Positions 9,352 through 19,308 of a stretch of DNA of 32,000 nucleotides are shown in pieces (position 1 is the first letter of the stretch; the number at the start of each line of letters is the position of its first letter). The position numbers and the translations under genes were made by a program. The stretch lies in contig DXJG01000010.1 of assembly GCA_019056805.1 (NCBI GenBank), positions 1-32,000 on the forward strand. The letters are read 5' to 3'. This DNA is from Candidatus Baldrarchaeota archaeon (GTDB taxonomy: Archaea > Asgardarchaeota > Baldrarchaeia > Baldrarchaeales > DXJG01). The notes beneath the pieces were generated by a model. It made no database searches. It saw nothing but the letters and a program-made list of their open reading frames with translations, and was not told the DNA's origin.

Positions 9352-10449
9352 TTACTTATTCGTAGTTTTAGGATATTCACCATAGCGATACCATATGTTA
9401 CATGTTCCCTCACTTGAAACCATACAAGGTCCATAAGGCTTTTCAGGCGTACAAACTTTTTTGAAAAATGCACAATCAGTCGGTTTAAGCTTCCCAGTTA
9501 AAATAAGATGACAGCAACACTCCGGCCGAATATCTACAGCTTTCCCAATTCTCACATCAAACTTAACACGTGCATCATATTCCTCAAACTTCTTCCTAAT
9601 TTTTAACGCTGAGTATGGAACTCTACCTATGCCTCTCCAACGACCATCAACAATCTCGAAAACTTCATCCATCAACTTCTGAGCTTTAACATTACCCTCT
9701 TCCGTTACTACACGAGTATACTCATTCACAGTCTCAGCCTTTCCCTCCCTAATCTGCTCTAACAAAATTTTAATGGCAACAAAAATATCTAATGGCTCAA
9801 ACCCTGCAATAACCGTTGGCATTCCATAAACATCAGAGAAAAGCCTAAACGGCTTAACACCTATAATCGTAGCCACATGACCAGGACAAATAAATCCATC
9901 AAAATAAGTCTCTCCAACACCTAACAACAATTCCATAATTGGCGGAATCAAACGATGAGAAACCAAGACACTAAAATTATCTGGCGGCTCATTTAGAATT
10001 GCAGAGGCAGTTGTTGGAGCAGTTGTCTCAAAACCTATAGCAAAAAACACAACTTCTTTGTCAGGATTCTTTCTTGCAAGTTCAACAGCATCAGAAATAC
10101 TGTAAACAATTCTAACATCTCCACCCATAGCTCTTGCATCCCAAAGGGAAAACTTGGATCCCGGAGCTTTAAACATATCTCCAAAAGTGGTTAAAATAAC
10201 ATTCTTTTTCTCGGTAGCAATTTTGATAGCTTCATCGATTTCTCCAGCTGGGACACAGCAAACAGGACAACCAGGCCCAGCAATAACTTCCAAATTATCT
10301 GGCAATAAAGATCTTAAACCAAATCTCGAAATGACTTGCTCATGAGTACCACATACATGAAGTAGCCTAACTTCGTGGTTTGGGACCAGTTTTTTAATCG
10401 ACTTAACAACCGCATCAACCAATTCCTTTCTCCTGTATGCATCGAACAA
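9352..10449 (-). CDS. hypD: [NiFe]-hydrogenase maturation protein HypD
   Basis: CGTH, GPGCPVC, GFETTAP, PGHVA, GPCMVSSEGTC. Start placed at the TTG at 10449 downstream of GGAGGT; the ORF track gives 10464. Confidence 0.96.
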   Translation of the reverse strand: MFDAYRRKELVDAVVKSIKKLVPNHEVRLLHVCGTHEQVISRFGLRSLLPDNLEVIAGPGCPVCCVPAGEIDEAIKIATEKKNVILTTFGDMFKAPGSKFSLWDARAMGGDVRIVYSISDAVELARKNPDKEVVFFAIGFETTAPTTASAILNEPPDNFSVLVSHRLIPPIMELLLGVGETYFDGFICPGHVATIIGVKPFRLFSDVYGMPTVIAGFEPLDIFVAIKILLEQIREGKAETVNEYTRVVTEEGNVKAQKLMDEVFEIVDGRWRGIGRVPYSALKIRKKFEEYDARVKFDVRIGKAVDIRPECCCHLILTGKLKPTDCAFFKKVCTPEKPYGPCMVSSEGTCNIWYRYGEYPKTTNK

Positions 10450-10565
10450 TCCTGTAACCTCCAAACCATGCTTCCTTCTAACATTTTAAAATATTTTCTA
10501 AACAACGATTCAAAACATAGGAATCGCGTTAACTAACTGGAAAAACAAGTAAAATAAATCGCTTA

Positions 10566-11486
10566 TTATTTTATATGTTTTAAAATTTCTAACGCATTTA
10601 GACGAAGTATCTGCTCAGTTTCCTCGCCACTTATTTCTTTCGAGGATACTACGTCATTTATTGAATCTTTTATAGCTTTTCCGGCAATAACTGGATAATC
10701 TGAACCAAATAATACACGGTCAATCCCTAATTTCTCCCTGATTTTTCTTATGAATTTTCTTTTAAAAATGAGATATGATACAGCAGCTATATCGATCCAA
10801 ACATTATCATGCTTCCTACAAATTTCTAAAGCTTCTTCAAGCCAAATTCCAGGAAACTTAATACTATAACTTCCAGCATGAGCAAGCACCACATAAACAT
10901 CTGGAAATTCAGATATTATCTGCTTAAACCTACTTGGCCTCGCGTTGTCAGATAATCTTGGATCCTCCCATGGACCTGGATCGCAGCCAGTATGAATTAG
11001 AACCAGTTTTCTATATTTCTCACAAAAATCAAAAATTAATCTTAGCTCTTCCATTTTTTCAATTGGATCAAAAAACTGCAAAGTTGGAATTATTTTAACT
11101 CCCTTCAACCCAAGTTTTTTAATCTCCTCAATTTTTTCCCTCACATAGTTCTCACCAAAAAAGACATTTATCGAGCCGATTCCTATCAGTCTACTTGGAC
11201 ACGAATTCATTAGAGAGGCAACTTCCTCGTTTGTAATTTTTGCTAATTGCAATGTACATTTAATATGTTCAATAGCCCATAGTCCCCAATGTCCACTATC
11301 AAACAGTATTTTAACCATTTTACTTTTTACATCTTTTTTATCGAGAATTCTATGGTCAACGTCTATTGCTAATAAAACGCACTTCTTAACATTGCAGAAA
11401 TCTAGTTCTTCCATCAAAAGTGTTTTTGAAAGTAATTTAAGAGGGTGAACATGGAAATCTATAACTTCGAAATTTGTTGATGACAT
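10566..11486 (-). CDS. Amidohydrolase (Amidohydro_2 family)
   Basis: IDFHVH, GLKGVK, LIHTG, VVLAHAG, DIAA, LFGSDYP. Confidence 0.9.
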   Translation of the reverse strand: MSSTNFEVIDFHVHPLKLLSKTLLMEELDFCNVKKCVLLAIDVDHRILDKKDVKSKMVKILFDSGHWGLWAIEHIKCTLQLAKITNEEVASLMNSCPSRLIGIGSINVFFGENYVREKIEEIKKLGLKGVKIIPTLQFFDPIEKMEELRLIFDFCEKYRKLVLIHTGCDPGPWEDPRLSDNARPSRFKQIISEFPDVYVVLAHAGSYSIKFPGIWLEEALEICRKHDNVWIDIAAVSYLIFKRKFIRKIREKLGIDRVLFGSDYPVIAGKAIKDSINDVVSSKEISGEETEQILRLNALEILKHIK

Positions 11487-11535
11487 AAAATCTTATAAGA
11501 AACTTTCGTCCATATATATGATTCGAGGGGAGGTT

Positions 11536-13185
11536 ATGTCGGAAGCGTACAAATACCCCCTTCTAATAAAAGATCTACTTGAATACGGACTTGTAAGAGC
11601 CCCAAACAAAGAAATCGCATATAGAGACGTTATCCGTTATACTTGGAAAGAATTCTACGACAGAGTTAAAAGATTGGCAAATGCATTAACCAAACTTGGA
11701 GTAAAAAAGGGTGACAAAGTCGGAGTAATGGATTTTGACACCCATAGATACTTAGAACTATACTTTGCAGTCCCAATGATAGGAGCAATACTACATACAG
11801 TAAACCTCAGACTGCCACCGGAATGGATACTATACACAGTAAAACATGCAGAAGACAAAGTAATAGTTATCAGAGATGAATTCGTCCCAATGGTTGATAA
11901 AATCAAAGGCATACTTCCACCATCTATAAAACACTTTATAATTGGAAGCGATAAGGGAGAAATGCCATCAACAACACTAGAACCAGCCTACGAATATGAA
12001 TCCCTATTAAAAGAAGCAGAACCAGAATACGAATTCCCAGAACTAGATGAAAACACAACAGCCACACTCTTCTACACAACCGGAACAACAGGACTACCAA
12101 AAGGAGTAATATTCTCCCACCGGCAAATAGTACTACACAGCTTATCAGTCATAATTCATTTAGCAGCATTTCCGTCTGAGGCAAGAATAGGTTCAACAGA
12201 CGTATTAATGCCAATGGTTCCATTCTTCCATGTCCATTCATGGGGAATGCCATATATCGCTTCTCTACTAGGAATGAAACTAGTCCTACTAGGCAGATAC
12301 GAGCCAGAAACAATATTCGAAATAATGAGAAAAGAAGGAGTAACTTTCTCGCACATGGTTCCATCCCTATTACACATGATGGTGTTTCATCCAAAAGCAG
12401 AAGAATACAAAGACGTCTTATCAAAATGGAAAGTAGTAATTGGAGGAGCCGCCCTACCAAAAGGACTGGCAAGAAGAGCAAAAGAACTAGGAATAACAGT
12501 AATGGTAGGCTATGGGCTATCCGAAACCTGTCCAGCTTTAACAATATCAGTATACAAAGACCATATGTTAAACTGGGATGAAGAAAAGAAACTAGACGTT
12601 GCCATTAGTACCGGCCATCCAATTCCATTAGTCAAACTAAGAGTTGTAGATGAACAAATGAAGGACGTACCAAAAGACTGGAAAACAATGGGAGAAATCG
12701 TCGTAAGAGCACCATGGTGCACCCCAGAGTACTATAAAGACCCAGAAAAAACAAAGGAACTATGGCATGGAGGATGGCTTCACACAGGAGACATGGCAAA
12801 ATGGAACGAAGAAGGATACATTCAAATTGGAGGCAGAACAAAATTCGTTGTAAAAAGCGGAGGAGAATGGATCCCCCACCTACTATTAGAAGATCTCCTA
12901 TCATTACATCCAGCAGTACTAGAAGTAGCTGTAATAGGCGTTCCAAGTTCAAAATGGGGCGAAAGACCAGTAGCTCTTATAGTTTTAAAACCAGAATATA
13001 AAGAAAAACCACCAACAGAAGAAGAACTCAGAAACCACCTTATGAAAGCGGTAGAACAAGGAAAAATAGCTAAATGGTGGATTCCAGACAAATTCATATT
13101 CGTAGACACATTACCGAAAACAAGCGTAGGAAAAATAGACTACATGAAACTGTGGAAAGAATATCAAACCATGAAACTCCCATAA
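11536..13185 (+). CDS. Medium/long-chain fatty acyl-CoA synthetase (ANL adenylating enzyme)
   Basis: P-loop FYTTGTTGLPKG, GYGLSET, WLHTGD, KSGGEWI, LPKTSVGKI. GGGGAGG ribosome-binding site before ATG 11536. Confidence 0.93.
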   Translation: MSEAYKYPLLIKDLLEYGLVRAPNKEIAYRDVIRYTWKEFYDRVKRLANALTKLGVKKGDKVGVMDFDTHRYLELYFAVPMIGAILHTVNLRLPPEWILYTVKHAEDKVIVIRDEFVPMVDKIKGILPPSIKHFIIGSDKGEMPSTTLEPAYEYESLLKEAEPEYEFPELDENTTATLFYTTGTTGLPKGVIFSHRQIVLHSLSVIIHLAAFPSEARIGSTDVLMPMVPFFHVHSWGMPYIASLLGMKLVLLGRYEPETIFEIMRKEGVTFSHMVPSLLHMMVFHPKAEEYKDVLSKWKVVIGGAALPKGLARRAKELGITVMVGYGLSETCPALTISVYKDHMLNWDEEKKLDVAISTGHPIPLVKLRVVDEQMKDVPKDWKTMGEIVVRAPWCTPEYYKDPEKTKELWHGGWLHTGDMAKWNEEGYIQIGGRTKFVVKSGGEWIPHLLLEDLLSLHPAVLEVAVIGVPSSKWGERPVALIVLKPEYKEKPPTEEELRNHLMKAVEQGKIAKWWIPDKFIFVDTLPKTSVGKIDYMKLWKEYQTMKLP

Positions 13186-13203
13186 ATTCAACCTCTCTTT
13201 TTA

Positions 13204-14412
13204 TTATTCTCCCAGCTTCTCATCAATAACCTCTAATATCGCTTTACATAATTTTAACGCCCTCTGCAAATTCTCTTCACTCATATTCTCCGGAACATCA
13301 TCAGGCAAATGCCACTTCACTAATTCGAGCTTCGAACTCAAAGCAATTAAGGTAACGGCATCAAAACCTTTTCGAGAAAAAGATGCAGCATCTGTGTCAC
13401 CATAAGGTAAAGAAACATATTCCACTTTCAATCCTACTCTTTCTGCAGCTTCCCTTACTAACATTGCAAGTTTCTTTGAATGTTTAACTCCTATAGACTT
13501 CTCTTCAACGTCTACAAATAGTTCACCAGCACCTAACATCTCCATATTTATTACATATGCATTCCTAGCAATATCTGGATGCATTTCTACAAACCTACGA
13601 GACCCCTTAAGCCCAGGTTCCTCTGACCCAAAAGAAACAAAAAACACCTCAACATTTCTAGGCCTACTTTGCGAAACAACCTTTGCTAACCTTAAGACAA
13701 CAGCAACTGCAGAAAGATTATCATTTGCACCCATTACAGGAACCTTTGTCACAATATTCAACTTAAAAAACACAGCAAAAAACAATCCAATCAAAGGAAT
13801 TATCAAAAGTAAATCGTAGATAGAGATACCAAAAACAGGTCTCCAATCTAAACTCTTGACTCCTAAAATCACCAAAGACTTCAAAGTAGACAAAATGAAC
13901 AGCGATATCGCACCAACAACACCCATATTTTGAATCAAAGGAACGTAACGAAGATATTTTGGTTGAAAAAGAGGCATCATATACGCTGAATCGTGATGCC
14001 CCGAAAAAACCACATACCTTTTAACATCCCCAGTAGGTTTAATTTTTCCAATTATATTCTGCGACCTAGCCTTTTTCGCAAACTTATCCAAAATCTCTTT
14101 ACCTCGAAATCTCGTCAAATAAAACACCAAAATCCCATTAATAACAAAAATAGCAGACAAATACGGGAAAAACAAGTAAAGAACAAAAGCAATAACATAA
14201 GAGTATACAACGAAATCTATGAGAGCTTGAAGAACCCTAGGACAAGTAACAAACTCCTCAACAACAATCTCATCACAATAATTCCTCAATCTCTCCGCAA
14301 TAATTTCAGCAGCCTTTGCCTCAGCCTCACTACCAGGAGGCCTCGGACCAACTGTATCACAAATCTCCACAACAAAATCTAAAAGTTGATCACCCTCCAT
14401 CTCGCTCACCAT
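13204..14412 (-). CDS. M28-family Zn peptidase with membrane-spanning insertions
   Basis: GHHDS, GANDNLSAVA, FGSEE, NMEMLG and WHLPDD metal ligands, interrupted by hydrophobic segments. Confidence 0.88.
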   Translation of the reverse strand: MVSEMEGDQLLDFVVEICDTVGPRPPGSEAEAKAAEIIAERLRNYCDEIVVEEFVTCPRVLQALIDFVVYSYVIAFVLYLFFPYLSAIFVINGILVFYLTRFRGKEILDKFAKKARSQNIIGKIKPTGDVKRYVVFSGHHDSAYMMPLFQPKYLRYVPLIQNMGVVGAISLFILSTLKSLVILGVKSLDWRPVFGISIYDLLLIIPLIGLFFAVFFKLNIVTKVPVMGANDNLSAVAVVLRLAKVVSQSRPRNVEVFFVSFGSEEPGLKGSRRFVEMHPDIARNAYVINMEMLGAGELFVDVEEKSIGVKHSKKLAMLVREAAERVGLKVEYVSLPYGDTDAASFSRKGFDAVTLIALSSKLELVKWHLPDDVPENMSEENLQRALKLCKAILEVIDEKLGE

Positions 14413-14617
14413 TTATCAACATTTACAACAATATTAAACACGTATCTCGTATTTTAATCGTATCATCTATCACCATATAATAAACCATTTATCCTCTCCC
14501 ATCTAGAAGGTTTACAATTTGAAACTTGAAAAGTTTTTATTTCTTTACTTTTTACCACCGAAAATTTAATGTACGTAAAGTAGTAATATAAACCATAACA
14601 AACATTTCCATGTTAAA

Positions 14618-14923
14618 ATGGAGGAATAAATAATAAAGGAAGAACAAATTTTGATAAAAAAGACAAACAACGAAATTAAAGAAACTATCCTCAAATTTAT
14701 CTACGATTATTATGAAAAATTCAAAAACAGAAAACTTTCTCTCGATAAACTCAAAAAAGAACTCAAAAACCTTGGCCTAGAAGAAAACGAAATAATAAGT
14801 AACCTAGAAAATCTAATTGAAAACAATTGGATAATAAAAGAGGAAGAAGAATACTCAATCATCAAAATCGCTGAACGAATAAAAATCAAAGTTGTCTACC
14901 TCAAAATCGGAAAAAAGTCATAA
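14618..14923 (+). pseudogene. Probable decayed gene with an N-terminal winged-helix-like domain
   Basis: The ATG at 14618 is in frame with ORF 14651..14923 but has TAA at codon 4. The translation (ILKFIYDYY..LKKELKNLGLEENEIISNLENLIENNWI) looks like a winged helix and stops early after an A-run. Confidence 0.4.
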
Positions 14924-15163
14924 AACACATCGAAACAATAAATTTCGACTATATAATATACAAGATGTAGACCTATCTATATTCGTTGATCAGCGTATAA
15001 GCGAACTCGTAAGAAGTTATTTCTTTTTCAAAAACTAAAATTTACTATTTTAAACTCTTGTTACAAATTACATTACTTTAATATTTCCAATTACCTACAA
15101 ATACTATTAACACTCAACCTATATTTCCTTCCAAGTAATGTTTTCGTTATTTAGGTGATTTGC

Positions 15164-15994
15164 ATGATTGATGTTCATGTTCATTTATTTCCTGATGAAA
15201 TAGTGTGGCGTTTTTATGCTTGGATTGAGAAAAAACACAAATTAAAAGTTGTAATGCCGATTGAATGGGAAAAAGCATTTGAAATACTTAAAAATATGGG
15301 TATAAAACAAATTTTCAACTTAACTCATGCTGTTACACCTGAATACAGTAAAATGCTCAATGAATGGCAAGGTAAACTAAAAAAGAAATTTGGATTTATA
15401 ACCTTTGGAGCATTCCACCCAGAAAACAACGAAGAACTACTTATAGAAGCATTTAAACAAAAATGGATAGACGGACTAAAATTACATCCACCTGTCCAAA
15501 AATTTAGACCGGATTCAAAAGAAGCCCTAAAAATCTACGATTTACTCGAAGAATTGAAAAAGCCACTGTACATTCATACTGGCTGGTTCCCTGACAATGG
15601 TTTCCAATATTCAGCCCCAGAAATGTACGAACCTCTAATATACAATTACAATTTTCCAGTAATCCTTGCTCACATGATGCTAGGAAAAACCAAAGAAATT
15701 AGAAAATTTCTCGACGAACGAAGAAACGTATACACCGAAACATCAAACGCACTCATCAACCTAGAAACCATCGATCCTATTACGGGTGAAAAAGTGAAAT
15801 GGTTAACTGAAGATGTAATTAAACTAATAGAAGACTATCCGGATAGAATCTTATACGGAAGTGAAATACCTTTAATCTGGTGGAAACCAGAAGAAACATT
15901 AGAAAACATACATAAGCTTAACATTGACGAAAAAATAAAAGAAAGAATTTTGTGGAAAAACGCTGTAGAGTTCATTGAAAAATACATAAAATAA
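15164..15994 (+). CDS. Amidohydrolase (Amidohydro_2 family)
   Basis: IDVHVH, GLKLHPPVQ, YIHTG, ILAHM, YTETS, LYGSEIP. AGGTGA ribosome-binding site upstream. Confidence 0.88.
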   Translation: MIDVHVHLFPDEIVWRFYAWIEKKHKLKVVMPIEWEKAFEILKNMGIKQIFNLTHAVTPEYSKMLNEWQGKLKKKFGFITFGAFHPENNEELLIEAFKQKWIDGLKLHPPVQKFRPDSKEALKIYDLLEELKKPLYIHTGWFPDNGFQYSAPEMYEPLIYNYNFPVILAHMMLGKTKEIRKFLDERRNVYTETSNALINLETIDPITGEKVKWLTEDVIKLIEDYPDRILYGSEIPLIWWKPEETLENIHKLNIDEKIKERILWKNAVEFIEKYIK

Positions 15995-16353
15995 AATTTT
16001 GCCAAATTTAATTTACCAGTTCTCTCTGATAATGGAATTAACGCTAAAAAGAGCTCAATCAAGTCTTCGAGGTCAAATGGATAAGATATATCATGAGAAA
16101 ATCTTAGCAAATGGAAATGAAACGAGATATGTAGAGGAGAAAAATCCTTTAAACTTGTTCAAAAATATATTCCTAAAAATATTGGTTATATTTAGAAAAT
16201 ATAAGCTGTTCGTCAACCTAAAAGATCCCAGTTAACAAATGTTAGACATAATTTACATTAAATAGATTTTTGGAACGTTAAACATTAAAATCTTGTCAAC
16301 TCACTTTAATTTAAGGTAATAGAATTGACAAGTTAAAAGTGTGGCCCATAATT

Positions 16354-17109
16354 ATGCGAATAATCTCTTGGAATGTATGCGGGTTGAAATCAGTTTACGC
16401 AAAAGGTTTTGCCAAAGAGTTACGAAAATATGAAGCTGATATAATATGCCTTCAAGAGACAAGAACTACGAAAATTGAAATACCTCTCGAGTTCGCACTT
16501 TCCGGCTACAAAGCTTACGTTAATTCTTCTTGGCGAAAAGGATTTCACGGTACAGCTGTGTTAACTAAACTGAAGCCTTTGAAAGTTACAAAGAAAATTG
16601 GTCACTCCAGATTTGACTCGGAAGGTAGAATTCTAAGACTTGATTTCTACAAGTTTATTCTTATCAACGTTTACATGCCTCATGGTGGACGAGCTAAAGA
16701 AGAAATGGATTATAAACTCGAAGCTTATGACGCTTTACTTAACTACTTAGCTAAGCTAGCCCACCTCAACATCATTTTGGCAGGAGATTTCAATGTCGCC
16801 CACAAACCAATAGACTTAGCACGGCCTAAAGAGAACGTCAACAATACTATGTTCACCCCAGCGGAAAGACATAAAATAGATGAATTAATTAAACTAGGTT
16901 TCGTTGATACTTTTAGGAAGTTTTGTAAAACTGGTGGTCACTATACATGGTGGCTTCGTGCCTATGATGCTAGAAAAAGAAATATCGGATGGCGAATAGA
17001 CTATATCTTTGTTTCAAAGAGCTTAGAAGATAAGATAAAAAGCGCTTTCATCTTGTCAGAAGTTGAAGGATCTGACCACTGTCCTATAGGTATTGAATTA
17101 GAACTTTAG
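16354..17109 (+). CDS. xth: Exodeoxyribonuclease III / AP endonuclease
   Basis: SWNV, LQET, GDFN, YTWW, GWRIDY and SDHCP catalytic motifs. Confidence 0.95.
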   Translation: MRIISWNVCGLKSVYAKGFAKELRKYEADIICLQETRTTKIEIPLEFALSGYKAYVNSSWRKGFHGTAVLTKLKPLKVTKKIGHSRFDSEGRILRLDFYKFILINVYMPHGGRAKEEMDYKLEAYDALLNYLAKLAHLNIILAGDFNVAHKPIDLARPKENVNNTMFTPAERHKIDELIKLGFVDTFRKFCKTGGHYTWWLRAYDARKRNIGWRIDYIFVSKSLEDKIKSAFILSEVEGSDHCPIGIELEL

Positions 17110-17230
17110 TTGTTCTCTTGACAAGAAAATACATCTTGCAATTCTTTCATAATATCGTTAAAAACTAAAAATAAATTTTAAACCTATCAGTCTTTTTCTA
17201 TTTCTTCTATGATTAACATCAAAATGCAAT

Positions 17231-17250
17231 TTGTTCCAACTTGGAAACAA
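17231..17250. promoter_or_regulatory. Palindromic putative operator upstream of the cupin gene
   Basis: TTGTTCCAA-C-TTGGAAACAA with a perfect TTCCAA/TTGGAA core, about 20 bp upstream of a TATA-like CTTATATA at 17271. Confidence 0.35.
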
Positions 17251-17347
17251 TGATTTCCACAAGTTTGATACTTATATATTATAGAGGCAAAATTAAAACG
17301 TACATCACCTAACAAAGCTATGTATTTCTGCATGGGGGTATTTAAAA

Positions 17348-17701
17348 TTGCCAGAAGCAAAAGTTATTCGTTCAATTCAGGTAGAATGGTTTGAACCACC
17401 CTTACATACGAAATCCCTTGCAAAAAACCTAATAACACCTGAAAACACAGAAACCAACAACATATCCCTAAGATTATTCAGAATGGACCCAGGAGGAACA
17501 GCCGAACCCCACTCACATAAAAAAGTCGAACACATATTCTACATGATCAACGGACAACTACTCATAACATGCAATGGAAAAAATTACATCCTCAACCCCG
17601 GAGACGCCATACACATACCACCAGGAGTCCAACACAGCGCAAAAAACACAACAAACCAACCAGCAATCCTAATAGTCATCAACACACCACCACAAGACTA
17701 A
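17348..17701 (+). CDS. Cupin domain protein
   Basis: PGGTAEPHSH..EHIFY and PGDAIHIPPGVQHSAKN cupin motifs. Confidence 0.92.
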   Translation: MPEAKVIRSIQVEWFEPPLHTKSLAKNLITPENTETNNISLRLFRMDPGGTAEPHSHKKVEHIFYMINGQLLITCNGKNYILNPGDAIHIPPGVQHSAKNTTNQPAILIVINTPPQD

Positions 17702-17797
17702 CACCCTTTAACACACTTCAACAAAGTAAGCACATTTAAATTCATACATCTAGAAACCTTATATTTTAAACAACTACTAACCACAAGTTGCAAGAAG

Positions 17798-18466
17798 ATG
17801 TTAACTCATAGATTAGAGGATCTAAACAGAAAAAGAGAAAATCTAAGAGGAAAACTAAAGATAAAAGAATATCACGCTGACGAAGGCATTACACGAGTTA
17901 TCATAGGTGAAATGCACAATCGAGAAAGACACGCTACCTGGCCTTTACTTGAGAAGTTTAAACCAGAACCCTTAGAGGGATCTGTTATAATAGTTCCTAC
18001 AGTCGACCTTGCAGGAAACGTGTATATCAGTGTTGTCAACCCAAAATACATGAAGACACCAGCCTACAAAGTATATCGCTCAGTTTTAGAATGCTATAAG
18101 CCCACTATAGTTGTAGAGCTACATGCATTTAACTCCAAAGCCTACTCAAACTTAACAGATCCTAATCGCCTAGAAAAAAGAGGAGTACCGCCTCTCATAC
18201 CTTACAAACAAGAACCATTAATAGAGGATCAAGTTTTACACGGAGGCCCTCCACCTTTTGCAAAAAATAAATTCAAGGAACATGGATCCTATATCACCCT
18301 AGAAATCCATAAAAACTATACAGAAAAAGCGGAGAAAACACTACTAGATGTATTAAACATAGTAGTAAAATCCAACAGCCCACAGAAAATTGTAAACAAA
18401 CTTACAGAAAAATACCCAGAATCAATGAAAAAAGCAAAAGAACTACTATATAAATATTTAAAATAA
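17798..18466 (+). CDS. DUF2119-like archaeal protein (M14 Zn-carboxypeptidase-like fold)
   Basis: GEMHNRE (HxxE), YKPTIVVELH and LTDPNRLEKRGVPPLI resemble DUF2119 as I recall it. Confidence 0.65.
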   Translation: MLTHRLEDLNRKRENLRGKLKIKEYHADEGITRVIIGEMHNRERHATWPLLEKFKPEPLEGSVIIVPTVDLAGNVYISVVNPKYMKTPAYKVYRSVLECYKPTIVVELHAFNSKAYSNLTDPNRLEKRGVPPLIPYKQEPLIEDQVLHGGPPPFAKNKFKEHGSYITLEIHKNYTEKAEKTLLDVLNIVVKSNSPQKIVNKLTEKYPESMKKAKELLYKYLK

Positions 18467-18574
18467 ACTTCATTCAATACTCGATTGAATCAACTTTAAA
18501 GTCTTAACATTTCTCATAAGAAGTCTAATTTAAGTTAAACTATAAATTAATAAATTAAATTTTAGGTGTTTCGA

Positions 18575-19273
18575 ATGCCTGCCACAGGATTACATGGCAT
18601 ATTACATTACCTTATAGTTAAAGTTTCAAAGAAAATTAACTATACAAAAAGAAAGATATCCAATGACTTCTACTATGGATTTATCATTGGAGCTTTCCTA
18701 CCAGACTATGACCCCTTCATATCTCTTCTCATATGGTTAACATCAGGAGAACTCAGCATAGAAAAACTTGCAGAAATACATGAAGCATTTCACAGAACCG
18801 CAACCCACAGTATATTCTTCGCAGCCACATTAATGATAATAGGATATATCTTAGGATCCCGCTACCCTAAAGCCAAATCCATAATTTTAGGCATAGGCAC
18901 AGGCATAATACTACACGCAATAATAGACCTACCTTACATGCTAGGTGTTGCAATACTCTGGCCACTAAGCACCCAAAAATTCGGCCTCTTCTGGAACCTA
19001 CCGCCACTCATAAACCACATAAGACAGGCACTCTTCAAAATATGGTACATAATCTTCTTTAACCTAATCTACTACGTCTCAAAAACAAAAGAAAGTAGAA
19101 GAATAAAAATCTCAACACTAATATTCACCATTTTCTTCGCCACAACAATAATAACAGTCACAAAACCCACAATATTTGATATAGTACATGGAATCACAGA
19201 GCTTATTAGCCTAGTACTCGTAGCGTATCTTCTCTATGCAGAAAAACCCCTAATATACGAAGCCATAAAATAA
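18575..19273 (+). CDS. Membrane metal-dependent hydrolase (YdjM/DUF457-like)
   Basis: N-terminal H, GAFLPDYD, HRTATHS, LHAIID and GVAILWPLS in a hydrophobic protein. Confidence 0.85.
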   Translation: MPATGLHGILHYLIVKVSKKINYTKRKISNDFYYGFIIGAFLPDYDPFISLLIWLTSGELSIEKLAEIHEAFHRTATHSIFFAATLMIIGYILGSRYPKAKSIILGIGTGIILHAIIDLPYMLGVAILWPLSTQKFGLFWNLPPLINHIRQALFKIWYIIFFNLIYYVSKTKESRRIKISTLIFTIFFATTIITVTKPTIFDIVHGITELISLVLVAYLLYAEKPLIYEAIK

Positions 19274-19308
19274 ACCACTTTCCAACAAATATAAGATTTA
19301 AGTACGAA

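Noticed and set aside
11491-11500. Perfect 10-bp palindrome TCTTATAAGA in the divergent promoter
   Set aside because: Expected by chance in AT-rich DNA, and could simply be back-to-back TATA elements.
11655-14382. Several 70-130 aa ORFs overlapping the acyl-CoA synthetase and M28 genes
   Set aside because: They arise from skewed codon usage that removes stops from alternative frames, and the translations are low-complexity.
15999-16235. 78-aa ORF and an opposite 91-aa ORF between the amidohydrolase and xth
   Set aside because: No ribosome-binding site or recognisable domain. A decayed gene cannot be excluded.
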